A stretch of 63,959 bases of DNA, counting the filler, from Welwitschia mirabilis (taxonomy: Eukaryota): NCBI GenBank assembly GCA_051453625.1. It is 5 parts of one record of this genome, joined end to end, with 100 filler letters (N's around TTAATTAATTAA, not from the genome) between each part and the next. Parts side by side here need not be neighbours in the genome. Positions count along the whole stretch, not along the records: positions 22,425 to 31,302 come from JBOZIK010000001.1; positions 31,403 to 49,937 come from JBOZIK010000001.1; 3 more parts are not named here. One strand, written 5' to 3'. The position numbers and the translations under genes are program-made. Below are positions 24,896 through 38,546 of this stretch, in pieces. Positions within the stretch are counted from its first letter, which is position 1; the number at the start of each line of letters is the position of its first letter. The notes under the pieces were generated by a model. That model had not been told where the DNA came from. It worked only from the letters and a program-made list of their open reading frames with translations, and ran no database searches.

Positions 24896-25959
24896 GTTGT
24901 GGTATCAATTTGTGGTTATTTAATGGGGTTTTATGAGTTGTTTTGTAGGACTTTTATACAAGTTTAGATGCAATTTTGAGGATTTTGGAGATACAACAGA
25001 AAATCAAGGAAAAGTGTAATTCTTATCCAAATTTGATGTATTAAAGGCACTTTCTAATTCACAGAGCTTTGAAAAAAGATTATTAATAAAAATACTAGAT
25101 TTATCCTTAAGAAAATGATCAAAAAAGACTATCATCCTCTCTGTCGTTCTCACAATAGGTAGAACAACAACTGTTGATGTGGAATGCTGAGTCGTTATTC
25201 TAAGTAATTTTTTATAAGGTGTTATCATTTCCATTGATAGTATAGATGGCACTGATATGTAAGTGATTTTAATAGTGACCCATGATCATTTCATTCATTT
25301 CTAAGTTATAAACAAGTTCACCTTTCCACACCTACTATTTATCCTTTTATACTATGAGTTGTTATAAATAAACCCCTCTTTAACTCTCATTCTCTTCTTC
25401 ATTGCACCAAAAATTCTCATGATAGGAAATCAAAGGATGGGAGATCCATCTTGAGTATTACAGAAGGATGTGAACTTGATGAAGGGTTGTGTATCTTCCA
25501 TTGAGACTTCGCTATCTTGTAACCATGATGCGTTTTACTCTTTCTTAATATAAACCTTATTTTATTTTCATATTTGCATTTTTATTTTTTTGGTGACCTT
25601 ATAGTCTATGTTGCCCTTGATCTGGTGATAATTTCTTAGGTGATATAGATTATCAAGAGCAGCCTTTGTTAAGGATGAAATCAAGTAGTATTAGTTCCAT
25701 TTTTCATTGCATGTTAAGATTAGGTTTCATCTTGAATTTGCATTACACCTTTTATTTCTTGCATTATTCTTTATTTTTGGTTCCTATTATTCTTTTACAA
25801 AGAAACCTAACTCTCATCTTATAGACTTCAATGTGAATATGACATTTCAGGTCTACTCCCACTTATACTAGTGTGACGTATTGTGTAAGATATCTATTTT
25901 GGTTATAAATGATAAGATCTATTTAAATGTAAAATCTTGCATAAATACACACTACAATA
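24896..25959 (+). repeat. 3' LTR
   Basis: TGTTGTGG...ACTACAATA, with a TATA-like TTATAAATAAA at ~25362. Confidence 0.9.
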
Positions 25960-26882
25960 GTCTCTATCTTACCATGTAGTTAGGACCTTTGCAAAGAAAA
26001 GATAGAATATAGAATTAAAAGGACAAATAAAAAACCTAAGTGAAAGCCCAACTATAGCCTCTATTTTTGAATACCATTAGATATTATATCAACCTATACA
26101 ATTATCATTGTCTCTACCTCAACCCTTCAAATTAGAGTATATCTTTGGGACACCATCAGATATCGTTTCTACCTACACAATTATTATTATCTATACCTTA
26201 ACCCTTTAGATGAGAGTATAAAGTATCATGAGTTATAGAAATTTTGTAGTTTTCTAAAGGAATCAATAACTATGGTACTTCTTGTATCCACATAGGTCTA
26301 CTTAGCTTACATCTTGATTAGTATATCTTAGTGAAAATAGAGTCACTACTTCTATGGATCAAAAATGTTATTAAGCTCATAAGAGAACACAACACTAGTA
26401 GAAAATATATGAGAAAAATCTTTTCACTTCTTAGAACTATATAAGATAGAATTAAATGAAGGCATGCCTCTATGCTTCTAAATATTTTCAAAGCATACTT
26501 AAAGAAGAAGGATCATTAGTTTTCTTTAATCATAATGTGTGTAACTCAGAGTTTGAGAAATATTACATAATTTCATTAAACAAAGTGGAAATTATCATAC
26601 GAGCCATTTCTTCAAAGAAGCCATATGTTTATTTGAGTAGAGTCTTATCTCTTAAGTAAGTGCTTTATGTCCTTTATGAATAAGACATATGTATAGCTTT
26701 ATTATAAAACTTAATAAAGGGATTTATAGGGGTTCTTCATACTTTAGAATACATAATTATTTTAAGAGTATTTGAAAGTGTAATAGAATCTTAAGTCTTA
26801 TTTATAATAGAATGAATTTGTTTTTACTAAAGATCCTATTGTTAAATGTGTTAATCATTTTACTAATCTTATTAAAGATCCT

Positions 26883-27703
26883 TATTGTGGTGTAAATTTA
26901 TGCAATCTTTAAGTCCTTAAGTAAATCCTATAAATCATAAATACTTGCCAAAAAAAACATACTAGTATAGACAAGAGGTAATCCAGATATAGTAATTCAT
27001 TGAAGGAACTAGGCTAGAAATTGGAAAATTGATTTTAAAAATGTATTTTTAGTATTTTTCCTTTTATTAAATGAGAATAAAAAATAATGCAAATGTAATT
27101 CAAGATGAATGTTGATAAAATATAAATGGATAAAATGCAAGTATAATGAAATTTTTTGAGTAGCAATCTTTCTGTCATAAAGATCGGCCCTTATATCCTA
27201 CATCAATCATGAAGAAATATTACTTACATCTAACCAACATAATCTATAAGATACATCAAATAGAATATGAATAAATGAAAATATAGAAATGAAATAAAAT
27301 AAAATACAAGATTTAAATTAATAATATCAACCTTAATAAAGGTTGCCCTTATGATCTATACAGGCTATGAAATTATCACAGAATAATAATTGACTTAAAT
27401 CATAATGGAGGTTCACATAATAGAAGTAAAAGAATTCTTCTATTAATCATGAATTAGCATTCAATTATAAATAAAATAGTAGCACTTCAATTAAGGATAC
27501 TCAATCTAACATAAAAAAATACTTCTCTCTGTAGCTGTGAATGGACCTCTTACCCTTCAATCCTCTATTATAAGAATCTTTAATGTAAAAGATAAAATTA
27601 GGAGTGAATGTGGGGGAGGCATTTATCGCTTTACATTAAAGCTTCTAGATGGAAAATCCTAGAACTTGAATAAGAAATTCTAGCAATTAATATAAGTTGT
27701 ATG
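26883..27703 (-). repeat. Partial Athila-like LTR
   Basis: TATTGTGGTGTAAATTTATGCAATC... is homologous to the - strand LTR starting at 58966. A TATA-proximal segment lies at ~27540-27630. The right part is uncertain. Confidence 0.65.
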
Positions 27704-29020
27704 TGATAAATTATTATTTTCCAATTAATGTCAAATTAATGTTTCCATGTAGCATAACATATTATATCTTATGTAGAAAATTTTGATCGTTAGAGATGAG
27801 AAGCTAAAATAATTTGTCATATTTTAATTCTAAAACTTGTTAATTTTTTATACACTATTAAGGGGTCGATCAAACCTTTAAGGAATCAAAATTAACTAAA
27901 TTTAGAGGAGTTGAGTGGATACATTAGGGGTCAACTAGACTTGTTCATCTAATACTTCTTAGGTAATCATCAAGGGATTAATCAGATACCTAAGGAATCG
28001 ATCAGACCTATGTACCTAGGCATCAATACTTTATAGCTAATCATTAAGGGATCAACCAAATTCCTAAGGGGTTAACTGAACTTAGAATAGCATTTACCTT
28101 TTATTACTAAGGGGTTGAGTAAACTATTATGGGGTTGACCAGACCTAAAGTAGAAAACTATCTTGGATTATTTCTTGACCAAGGGGATAACCGAATAAAT
28201 ACATGGGTGACCAAATAAGTAGTTGAAAAAATCCTAAGGAGTTAACTAGACATGGATCCATAAGAAACAGGAATCAATCAAAAGAATCTAAGGATGGCCA
28301 ATTTATATGATGGCACCAGGTGAGGTCAACTAGAAATTTAAGGGGTTGACTAATCATGATAGAAATAGGATTTCTCTAATTATTATATGTCCATTTTTAT
28401 GTCTATTAGAAGAACTTTTTACTTATAAAAACCTTATAAGTCTTCCACTATATATTTTCCAAGAGTCAAAATCACTATACCAGTTTTAAACCTTTTAAAA
28501 TCATTCATTGTACTCATTAGCATATTATACCTAACTAAAGATGAACCAAGAACTATTATTATCATTACATACTTGGTTGAATATATTGCACTCTATGCTT
28601 TTAGATTGTACCATCTTCTAAATAAATGCATTAATACGATTCTTGAGCCAAAGATCAGGTGAAACATACACATTTCAGTACGTCATTATCACCACTTCAC
28701 TTTCTTGCAAAAGGTTGAGACTCCATTTGTAAAGGTTATAGGTAAACTTGAAATACCTATAAAGAGATTAATAAAAATCTAGATTAGGCTTGAATGGAAT
28801 CTAATTATCTAGAGTAGAGTAGGAGGTTTCCCGAACCACTATGAATCCTGTGTGTATCTCATTGGTATTTTTGTACTTTCTGTACTTTAGTTTTTTAAAA
28901 AAGTTTCAATTTTATTTGGATAGGTTTTTAGTGTTCATTTTAAGAAAATTTTTTCATAAATTTATTTGTATAAATATTTAGAATCCTATTCACTCCCCCT
29001 CTAGGGTTATCAATCCTACT
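27704..29020 (+). repeat. 5' LTR of the SIRE element
   Basis: Colinear with 37196-38541 and carries an array of GGGGTCGACCAGAC-like motifs. Confidence 0.9.
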
Positions 29021-29085
29021 TTCAATATCAGAGCTTCATTGAGTTTGTGTTAAGATCCTGATAGATCTAAACTCTAGAACCTAAA

Positions 29086-32000
29086 AATAAGTAATTATTT
29101 AGATGATTTTTTTTCCTAGTCATCCACTCATGTTTGATGGGTTAAATTATGTCTATTAAAAAGTCCAAATGAGAATCTTCCTTAAATCCCTGGATGCATA
29201 CATTGAAGAGGTCATTTACAATGGATATACTGTGCCTACTTTATCTAAAATTGATGTATATAATAATACCATTGTAGTTTCAAAAACTTAAGACCAATGG
29301 ATTCCTACTAATAAATCCAAATCTATCATAGATTTTCATACTCTTAATGCCCTTTTATAATGCGGTTTATGCAAAGGAGTTCAAATCGATTCTCAACTCT
29401 GAACATGTAAAAGAAATGTGGAATATTCTTGAGATTACACATAAATAGACGTCTACTATCAAGTAAGTCAAGCTCTAAATGCTCATATCAAAATTCAAAT
29501 ACATTTATATGTATGAGGAGGATACATTATATGAATTCTTTTTCAAACTTAATAACATCATGAATTATATGACAAGTCTAGGTGAAAGAACGGATAAGGC
29601 AAAGATGGTTCGAAAAGTGCTAGGATCCCTTCTAAAAAGGTTTGATTCAAAATTCATCATAAGTAAATTAAGTAAGACTAACCACAATATGGCTCTTGAA
29701 GAAATACAAGGTAATTTACAAACTTCTGAATTAACATTTTCTAAAAATAGAAAGAAAGGTATTTCTTTAAAATGTATACAGAAAAAGTACAAGTCAGAAA
29801 AAAGAGATGAAGATATAGATGATGATAAAGTTGTTCTACTAGTAAGAAGATTCAAGAAATTCTTACACAAAATAAATAAGGAAGGTAAGCCAAGTAGAGG
29901 AAAAAAATAGGTTACTCAAAGTTTAAAAAAGATTAATACGAAAGGAAAGAGATCCAATGTTATACATGCAAAGGCTTTAGACACATGACAAATGAGTGTC
30001 CAAATAACAAGAGAAAATTAAAAAAGTAAAAGACATAATTATTCATTACAACATGGAATAATGTGAACAAGGATGATGACAATAGTTCAAGCTAAGATTT
30101 AGATGAAGATCGAAGGATCTCTTTCATGGAAATTATGCCTTCATTACCAAAGATGCCTAACACATCTAAATTTGATGATTTAGACATTATTGAAGAAGAT
30201 TAAAATGAGCTCAAATAATGTTGTAACCCAAATTTTGTAAACTTTAATTAATGATTACAAGAGCTTTTAAACTATGTAATACATTCTGATATCAATTTTA
30301 ATGAAAATCATATGTATAGCTCTACAATCAATAGTGTATTATGTGTCGAACATTATAGCTACTCATAAGGTTACTTAATTAGTTAATCTTAGTTTTGAGT
30401 AATTTATTATTTCAAGTTATAATGATGATTATAAGAATTTTAATACTAAATAAACCTATTTATGATTAGAAACATCATTTTCCATGGTTAGATAGTTAAA
30501 TCAAAACATCCATATGAAGATGTAAAATAATGTTTACAGAAATGGTATGTGACATATTTATTTTAATCATTTATTTATCTTATTTAAGTTTAAAAAAATC
30601 TAAAATTACTTGGTAAGTATGAGTACTATATTCAATTATGAAAATTTCTTACATTCAATTATGACATTTTCTTACAATACATTATGAAATTTTTTTACAT
30701 TTATTTATAACATTCCTTTCTTATTATTTGTGTTGTTGATATGATGAATAATAAAGAGTGTAAACATGTGAATAAAGACATGCACTCTTATACATAAATT
30801 AAAATGATAAATGAGTAAAATTTATTCTACCATTACTTTTATCCTTATTAATATTTTTGGAAGTACTTTATGTATAAAATATTATTTTTCTTGTTATAAA
30901 ACATGACAATTTTGAAATTGGTGCATTTGTTCTTACAATTCATTTTAAATATGTTTTGGATTAATTCTGAGTCTATAAAGGATTAATAAGAAACTAGAAT
31001 AAGAAAATGATGCATTTGATTAATCTTATTAATTAAAGCAAGAAGATTACTCACCCAAATTAGGTGCATTAGTCTTAAATAAAATTTGTTTTATCATTCA
31101 TACATCACTTTTACCTCTTATACAAGCTCTTATAACTTCTTATTGATTAATCTTATCAATGTCACGTCTACATGAGCTCATCCAAATTGTCGTTGATCAA
31201 TATTATCATTGTCATTTACATGTCTAAATCACTTTTACATAAATTCTATCCAACGTGTCATTAATCAATCCTATCATTGTCATACATGTCAATGTCACTT
31301 TTNNNNNNNNNNNNNNNNNNNNNNNNNNNNNNNNNNNNNNNNNNNNTTAATTAATTAANNNNNNNNNNNNNNNNNNNNNNNNNNNNNNNNNNNNNNNNNN
31401 NNAGGCACTATCCTAAAACTTATCCATTGTGTGTGATAAAACAAGTTAACACCCCATTAACTTTATACAAGATATTTTTATATGATGAAAATAGAGTTAG
31501 AAATAAATATAGGATACAATTTTGACATCATTATTGTATACAAACCAAAAGAGTCTATAGTTAAGAAATAATAATGTTTGCTAATTATTTTAAATCTTAT
31601 AATGTGTTAATAGAGTCTAAATAGGATTGGATCCTAGATTCCCTTGTGCATGTTTGTTAATAATACTTTTAAAAAATGGTTAGTTAGGATAATTGAAGTT
31701 ATGATGTTATAAAGACACCTGTCAGGAACTGTATATAAACTGTGAAAAGTTAGAAAAGCACATAAATGATCTGAACAAGATTGTAAAAACACTCATTAAA
31801 GAAAAGGAGGAATTAGAAGCAAGATACAAAATAACCAAATCTAAAAATTCCCAACTTGTACAAGAGGTAAAGGACTTATTACTTTTTATCAATAAATTTT
31901 CTAGTGGTTTAACTAAATTAGAATAGATGCTTGAAATTTGAAAACTATCTCATGATAAGTCAGGTATTGGTTTCATTCCCCAAAGATCATAGCTTTAGCA

Positions 32001-32230
32001 AAATCAGGTAACATGGTAAAATAAGTTTATTTCTAAAGTTAAATATCATTTTTGTGATAAGTCAGGTTATTTAAAGCTATTTTACAATGCTAGAAAATTG
32101 ATGTTATTTTCAAATTCAGTAGTACCTTTTGATTTAAATTTGTTCCAAGAGGATGTATATCATATTAGTCTAAAAGGACTAAGTGGATGAAAGCTAATGA
32201 TTTGAAAAGTCTTTTAATTCAAATAGCTTT
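29086..32230 (+). pseudogene. gag: SIRE gag, interrupted by an insertion at ~30215-31710
   Basis: MRIFLKSLD; ORF 29479-29910 (VRKVLGSLLKRFDSK...LEEIQGNLQTSE); Zn knuckle IQCYTCKGFRHMTNECP (~29952-30003); coiled coil after 31712. Confidence 0.9.
30215..31710. mobile_element. Non-coding AT-rich insertion with ~20-bp decayed terminal inverted repeats (unclassified; solo LTR or TIR element)
   Basis: The gag frame E-L-K-D-T-C is restored on removal. Left end ATAATGTTGTAACCCAAATT vs reverse complement of right end ATAACATCATAACTTCAATT. Contains internal short tandem repeats and spans a scaffold spacer. Confidence 0.55.
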
Positions 32231-35200
32231 CAAGGTTTTAAATGGTACTAGCTGTATTTGGATAGTGGTGGCTCTTAACATATGATAGGAGACAAATATA
32301 GATTTAAATAATTAAATGACTTTAATGGATAAAATTTACTTTTATTGATAGTGAAAGAGCTAAAATATAAGGAATCAGAAGCATCGGTGGAGGTAACTTA
32401 CTTAAAATAAATGAAGTTTTGTATGTCAATGGTTTAAAGCATAACTTACTTAGTATTAGTCAAATCTATGATAAAGGTCATTTTTAATAATAATAAATGT
32501 GTAGTTAGGCATGGCCAAAAAAATAATATTATTGTAAAAGAGAATAGAATAGATAATGTTTATAGCATTGATCAATTATTTTTTGCTTATTATTTTTCTC
32601 ATGTTAATCAAGAAGAGCTTTGGAATAAATGTTTAGGTGATGTAAATTATGATTATTTTAAAATAACTATTAGAAAAAAATTTGTTAAAGGAATTATAAA
32701 AATAAATGTTAGAAAACATGATCTTTGTGATGCTTGCTAAAAAAAAATAAAATAAATAAGAACATCACAAAAGAGTAAAAACTAATCTTCCATAATCATG
32801 CATTTAAAAATTATTCATATAGACTTGGAAGGATTTCTCAAACTTAAAGTTTAGGAGGTAAATGCTATTTTCTAATCATGGTTAATAATTTTTTAAGATA
32901 CACATGGGTTGCATTTCTTTCAAATAAATCTAAAACATATAAACATTAGATTAAAATATGCAATAAAATTTAAAACAAGAAGGGATATACCATAAAGAAA
33001 AATAAGAATCAATCATGGTAATGAGTTTGAAAATAATTTATTTAAGAAGTATTGCATTGATAATGACATTTATCACTAATTAATAGCCCCTAAAATACCT
33101 CAACAAAATGTTATTATTGAGAGAAAGAATAGATTACTTCAAGAAATGGTAAGAACTATGTTGAATGATAAGCAAGTTTCAAAATCATTTTAGGCTAAAG
33201 CTACTAGAACTACATATTATATCATAAATAGAGTTTACCTTAGACTCTAAATGGAAAAAGCTCCTTATGATTTATAGAAACAAAGACAATAAAAAATTTC
33301 TTATTTTAAAGTCTTTGGAGTAAGTGTTATGTTTTAAAAGATAGATAACATCTAAGCAAATTTATGTATAAGGCTAATGAAGTAATATTTTTGGGATATT
33401 TAAGTAAAATTAGATCTTATCATGTCTTCAACAATAGAATCATAACTATGGAAGAATCAATAAATGTACAAATAGATGATGTTGGAACAAAACCTTTTTT
33501 TTCAAATGATGAAGAAGACATATCTCCAATTACCCTTATAATAAAAGAGATGTCTACTAAAAAAGAAGAAGAAGAAGTTCCTACAAAAGAAGTTACTACT
33601 AAAAAGTTTAAAGAGCTAAAAGATCATTCTTTAGGGTGTATTATTAGAGAATTTAGCTTAAAGATAAAGAAAAGGAGCTCTATGAAGAATTTTTGTGCTT
33701 ACATTTATTATGTTTCACAAATTAAACCTAAGAAATTTGAAGAAGCAAAATCACATCTAGAATGGATGATGGCTATGCAAGATGAGTTACAATAATTTAA
33801 AAAAAATGATGTATGAAATCTTATCAAAAGGCTAAAAGATAAAAATATCATTGGGACTAAGTGGATCTTTAAAAACAAATGTGATGAGGAAAATAATATC
33901 ATAAAAAATGAAGCAAGATTAATAGCACAAAGCTATAACTAAATTAAAGGAATTTATATTGGTAACACATTTGCTTCAGTTACAAGGCTTGATAACATTA
34001 GAATGTTTTTATCTTTTATAGGCTTTAAGAATATCAAAGTGTATCAAATAAATGTAAATAGTGAATTTTTAAATGGAATCCTAAATGAATAAGTATATGT
34101 AAAACAACTGTAAGAGTTTGTAGATCCTCACAAATCTGATCATGTTTATATATTTAAGAAGGCTTTGTATGAGTTAAAGCAAGTTCCAAGAGCTTGGTAT
34201 GAAAAGTTAGCCATATTTCTAAATAAAAATGATTATATCCATAGAACAGTAGATAAAATTTTATTTTTTAAGAACTTAAAAAATGATTTTATCATTATAC
34301 AAATTTATGTAAATGATATCATATTTGGTGCCTCTTGCAAAGTTTTATCAACAGAATTTTCAAATAGCATGATAATACATTTTGAGATGAGCATACTTAG
34401 TGAAGTAAAAATGTTTTTTCAAATTATAGATTAAGCAATCAAAGAATGGAATTTTTATATCTCTATCTAAGTATGCAAAGGATTTGATGAAATTATTTGG
34501 ATTGAAGAATATTAAAATAACTAACACACTTATGTTAACTCCTTGTAAGGTCAGTTTAGATGAAGATGAAAAATCAATAGATGAGAAGATTTATTAGAGT
34601 ATGATAGGGAGCTTATTATATCTAACTACAAGTAGACCTAATATTATATTTAGTATTGGTATGTGTGAAAGGTACCAAACCTAACTAAAAGAATCAAACT
34701 TACAAGAAATAAAAAGAATAATTAAGTATATGAAGGGCATATGTGATTATGGTTTGTGGTATCCTATGGAGACTTCTTTTGAGCTTGTAGGATGTAATAA
34801 TGCAGATTAGGTTGGATGTAAGAATGATAGAAAAAGAACAATTGGTAATTATTTTTATTAGGTTTGTACTTAGTGGAATGGACTAGTAAAAAGCAAAACT
34901 TGATCTCCTTTTCAATAGCAGAAGATGAGTATATTACAATAGAGAGTTGTTATGCTCATCTCCTTTGGATGAAGGAAATTCTAAAGGACTTTGATATAGT
35001 TTTTAAATAGGGTTTTATTTTTTGTGATAATATTAGTTTAATAATTATTTCTAAAAATCTTGTTTAGCATTCTAGAACTAAACACATTAAACTAATATAT
35101 TATTATTTAAAAGATCAAGTTGAAAAAGAAAATGTGTCTATGAATTTTATTAATACAGATACTCAACTTTATAATATCTTTACTAAACCCCTAAATTTTA

Positions 35201-35252
35201 ATAATTTTCTTCTTTTTTAGAATAAACTAAGGATTATTGTTTCATCCTCTAG
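32230..35252 (+). pseudogene. pol: SIRE pol (PR, integrase, RT, RNase H)
   Basis: YLDSG.S.HM.GD (PR); APKIPQQNVIIERKNRLLQEMVRTML (INT); IIGTKWIFKNK, LYELKQVPRAWYEKL, QIYVNDIIFG (RT); HSRTKHI, IFTKPL (RH). Confidence 0.95.
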
Positions 35253-35640
35253 CTAATTATAGGATGATTGACTAGATTTACGATTCAGTTGATTAGAGAT
35301 GGTTAGTCAACTAGACTAAAAACCCAATCACTCAGACCCTAAAAGTACTGTAACCCATTTCTCAATAGGTCAACCAGACCTCAAACTAGTCAACTAGACT
35401 TGTAGGATTATAGTATAGTATAACTATCAATGGACTTGATTTCTTTATCAATTAACCTTCTTTTTGAAAGTAAGTGGAGCCTAAATCCTTTTCATTGAGA
35501 GAGCGATTTGCATACCAGTATGTGCCAGCTCGGCACAACGGTATCATAGCAGAGCATACGTCTTCTAATCACTTATTTCCTTCAGATCTAGTATCTCTTT
35601 CAGATTTTTCTTATCTTCAAGCTTCTATTACATGTTTGCA

Positions 35641-36656
35641 ATGGCTGAGAGTCCTTTTAGAATGCATTACAAGAAGGTTTCTATGAGATATTCTTCTTAT
35701 TTCTACTAAGGAATGTCTGAAAAATCTTTAAACAAGTTTAACGAGAATTTTGAGAAGAAGCCAGTATGCCAAAAAAGGGTTGTTGCTACTTTAGAGCTAA
35801 GGAAGCTCGGATATGTGATCTAACTTTTTCAAGATTTACATATTTCTTATTTTCTTGATGTTTTAGAACCTGGTTATCCTTTTCTTACTAGGATGTTCTA
35901 TTGCAATGCTTCTTATGATGCTAACAATGCAACTCTAAAAACCTTGGTTTTAGAGAAGAAGATAAGGGTTACTGCAAACTACATTGCTATTATTGCTAAT
36001 CTTTTAAAATAAGATTATGATGAGTTTTATCCTATTAATGACTTCATGAAATATAAGTAGAGGTCATAAGAAAAAATTATGATAAGTTTCACACATGGAA
36101 ACATACCCTTGCTACTTCTCTACTTACCCTAAAGTATTGTTTTTTGTATTTAGTCTTTACCTATAATTTCTTTCCTTTGATGGGTTATCATGATAAAACC
36201 TCTAACTATAAGATATATTTGATATACTTGATAAGAATTAGGCACTCTATTAATACTTCTGCCATCACACTAAGGAATATGATCTTCTAGTTGGAGTATC
36301 ACAAGATTAGAACTCTGCTCTACTCAGTGTTGATTACCTATCTCTATCGTCATTATAGAGTCTAGTTTCATCCAAAACTTAAAACCCTTATTCCCATGTC
36401 ATCCATTAGATGTGTGATATTTTCTCACATGCTTATCTTTGTAGGTTATAAGAAATCCTCAAAATATCCTTCTCCAAAATAAGCCTCACTAGAGGAGACT
36501 CTTTCATACATGAGGTAAATTGACTCTCGTACCAGCATATGAAAGAAGCTCTAATCAAAATCGGAGATGAGATTGCATATACTTTAGAGGAAGTTAGAAG
36601 CTTAGTGTAAAAGGCTACTGAAGAAGAGGAAGAGGAAGAAGAAGAAGATTTTTAAA
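35641..36656 (+). pseudogene. SIRE env-like extra ORF remnant
   Basis: MAESPFRMHY...EPGYPFLTRMFYCNASYDANNATLKTLVLEKKIRVTANYIA with a few stops and an acidic C-terminal tail (EEEEEEEEEDF), located between pol and the PPT. Confidence 0.75.
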
Positions 36657-37195
36657 ACTAATCAGAGGAGGAAGCAAGAAACCTAATTAATCCTCTTTTT
36701 ATGCCTTATTTTTATAAAATTTTCATGCTTGTGTTTCTTCTCTATTTTGTTATTAATATTAAAAGAAAAAGAATTAGTTAGTTATTTCTGCTTCTTTAAA
36801 TCTTATATATTTTTAATGAGCACTTTTCATTGTACTGTTTATCTTTTAATAGTAGAAATGCAGTTAATTTTCATGAGCTATAATTTTTGTCTCACTTTTT
36901 TAGTGTACATCTATTTTCATTATGATCTATAACTTTTGTTATATCTTATAATTATTAAATATTTAAAGATAAAAATGTTGTTTATCACATATAGTTTGAC
37001 ATTTTCATATTTCACAAATTGTACTACAAATTATTTTAATTATGGCATATGTTAGAAACTTTCTAAAATGTCTTATTGGATATAAAATGTTCAATATCTT
37101 TTGCAAAGTTAATAGGCATTTATTAAGGGAAAGTTTTTCCAAATATAATATTTTCAACTATGAAAACATTTATCATTAATTTCAAAGGGTAATAT

Positions 37196-38541
37196 TATTA
37201 AGTTAATATTTGCTAATTGATGTTAAACTAATATTCTCTACATAGCAAAACATGTTGTATCTTATGTAGAAAATATTGACTATTATAGGTTAAAAGCTAA
37301 AATAATTTATTACATTTTAATTCTGAAACCTGTTAACTTTTTATAGCATCTTGAGGAGTTCATAGAACTTCTAAGGGGTCTACCGCATCTAAAGATTATA
37401 TAGAAATTAACTAAATTTAGAGGGGTTGACTAGACCTATGCATCTAGTACTTCTAAGATGATTGTCAAGGGGTAGACCAGATACCTAAGGCATCAACTAG
37501 ACCTATGCACCTGAGCATCAATACTTCATAGTCAATCATCAAGGCGTCTACTAGATTCCTAAGGAGTCAACCACACTTAGAGTAGCATTTACCCTTTATT
37601 AGCAAGGAGTCAACTGAACTTTTATGAAGTTGATTGAACCTAGAATCAAAAACTATGTTGGATTTTTTCTTAACTAAGGGGATAATTGGATAAATATTTC
37701 GGCAACTAGATGAGCGACTGACTAGATCCTAAGGGATTGATCAAACATAGAACCATAAGAAATATGTATCGACTAAAAGAGCCTAAGGGTGTCCAATTTA
37801 AATGACAATACTAGATGGGGTTAACCAGACTTTTAAGGGGTCAACCGAATTATGATAGAAATTAGATTTTTCTATTCATTATATTTCCATTTTTATGTCC
37901 ATTCGAAAGTATTTTAACTTGCAAAATTTCTAGTAGTCTTTTACTATATATTTGTCAAGAGTCAAAATCACTGTACCATTTTTGAATGTTTTTTGAATTA
38001 TTCATTATACTCATTGGCATCTCATACCTAACCAAAGATGAACTAAGAACTATTACTATCATTGTATACTTGGTCAAGTCTATTGCACTCTATACTTTTA
38101 GATTATACGATCTTATAAAGAAGTGCATAAATACTATTCTTGAGTTAAAGATTGGGTGAAACCTATGCATGGCATTCCATTATCACCACTTTACTTTCTT
38201 GTAAAAGGTTGATAATAATCCTCATAAAAATCTATTTTTAAATGTTACATGTGAGTGTAAAATACCTAGAAAGAGATTAAGGGACGTCTGAATTAGGCTT
38301 GGATAGAAGCTAATCATTGATAGTAAGCTAGGGAGTTTCTTGAACCACTATAAGTCTTGTGTGCATCTCATTGGTATTTTTGTGCTTTCTATTCTTTAGT
38401 TTTTTAGAAAATTTTTAGTTTTATTTGTACAAGTTTTTATTATTTATTTTAAGTAAATTATTTTTATCAAGTTATTTAAATAAATATTTAGAATCCTATT
38501 TACCTTCCCCTACCTCCTCCTCTAGGATTCTTAATCCTAGA
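37196..38541 (+). repeat. 3' LTR of the SIRE element
   Basis: Follows AAAGGGTAATAT (decayed AAAGGGGGAGAT) and is colinear with the 5' LTR. Confidence 0.9.
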
Positions 38542-38546
38542 GTGTG

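Larger units (their letters stand above)
17816..25959 (+). mobile_element. Non-autonomous Athila-like LTR element (gag, no RT/RNase H)
   Basis: 5' LTR 17816-19477 with gap-associated duplications, PBS 19481-19498, gag, PPT AAGTGAGGGG (~24883-24892), 3' LTR 24896-25959, TSD ATCTC (17811-17815) / GTCTC (25960-25964). Confidence 0.8.
27704..38541 (+). mobile_element. Full-length degenerate SIRE/Sirevirus Ty1/copia element with env-like ORF
   Basis: LTRs 27704-29020 and 37196-38541, PBS CAATATCAGAGC (29023-29034), gag-PR-INT-RT-RH order, extra ORF, PPT ~37184-37195, TSD GTATG (27699-27703) / GTGTG (38542-38546). Confidence 0.92.

Noticed and set aside
36729..36932. Short hydrophobic ORFs (also 13359-13619, 41873-42115, 46491-46709, 49711-49905)
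   Set aside because: Expected by chance in T-rich DNA; they lie in UTR, LTR or antisense-gag sequence.
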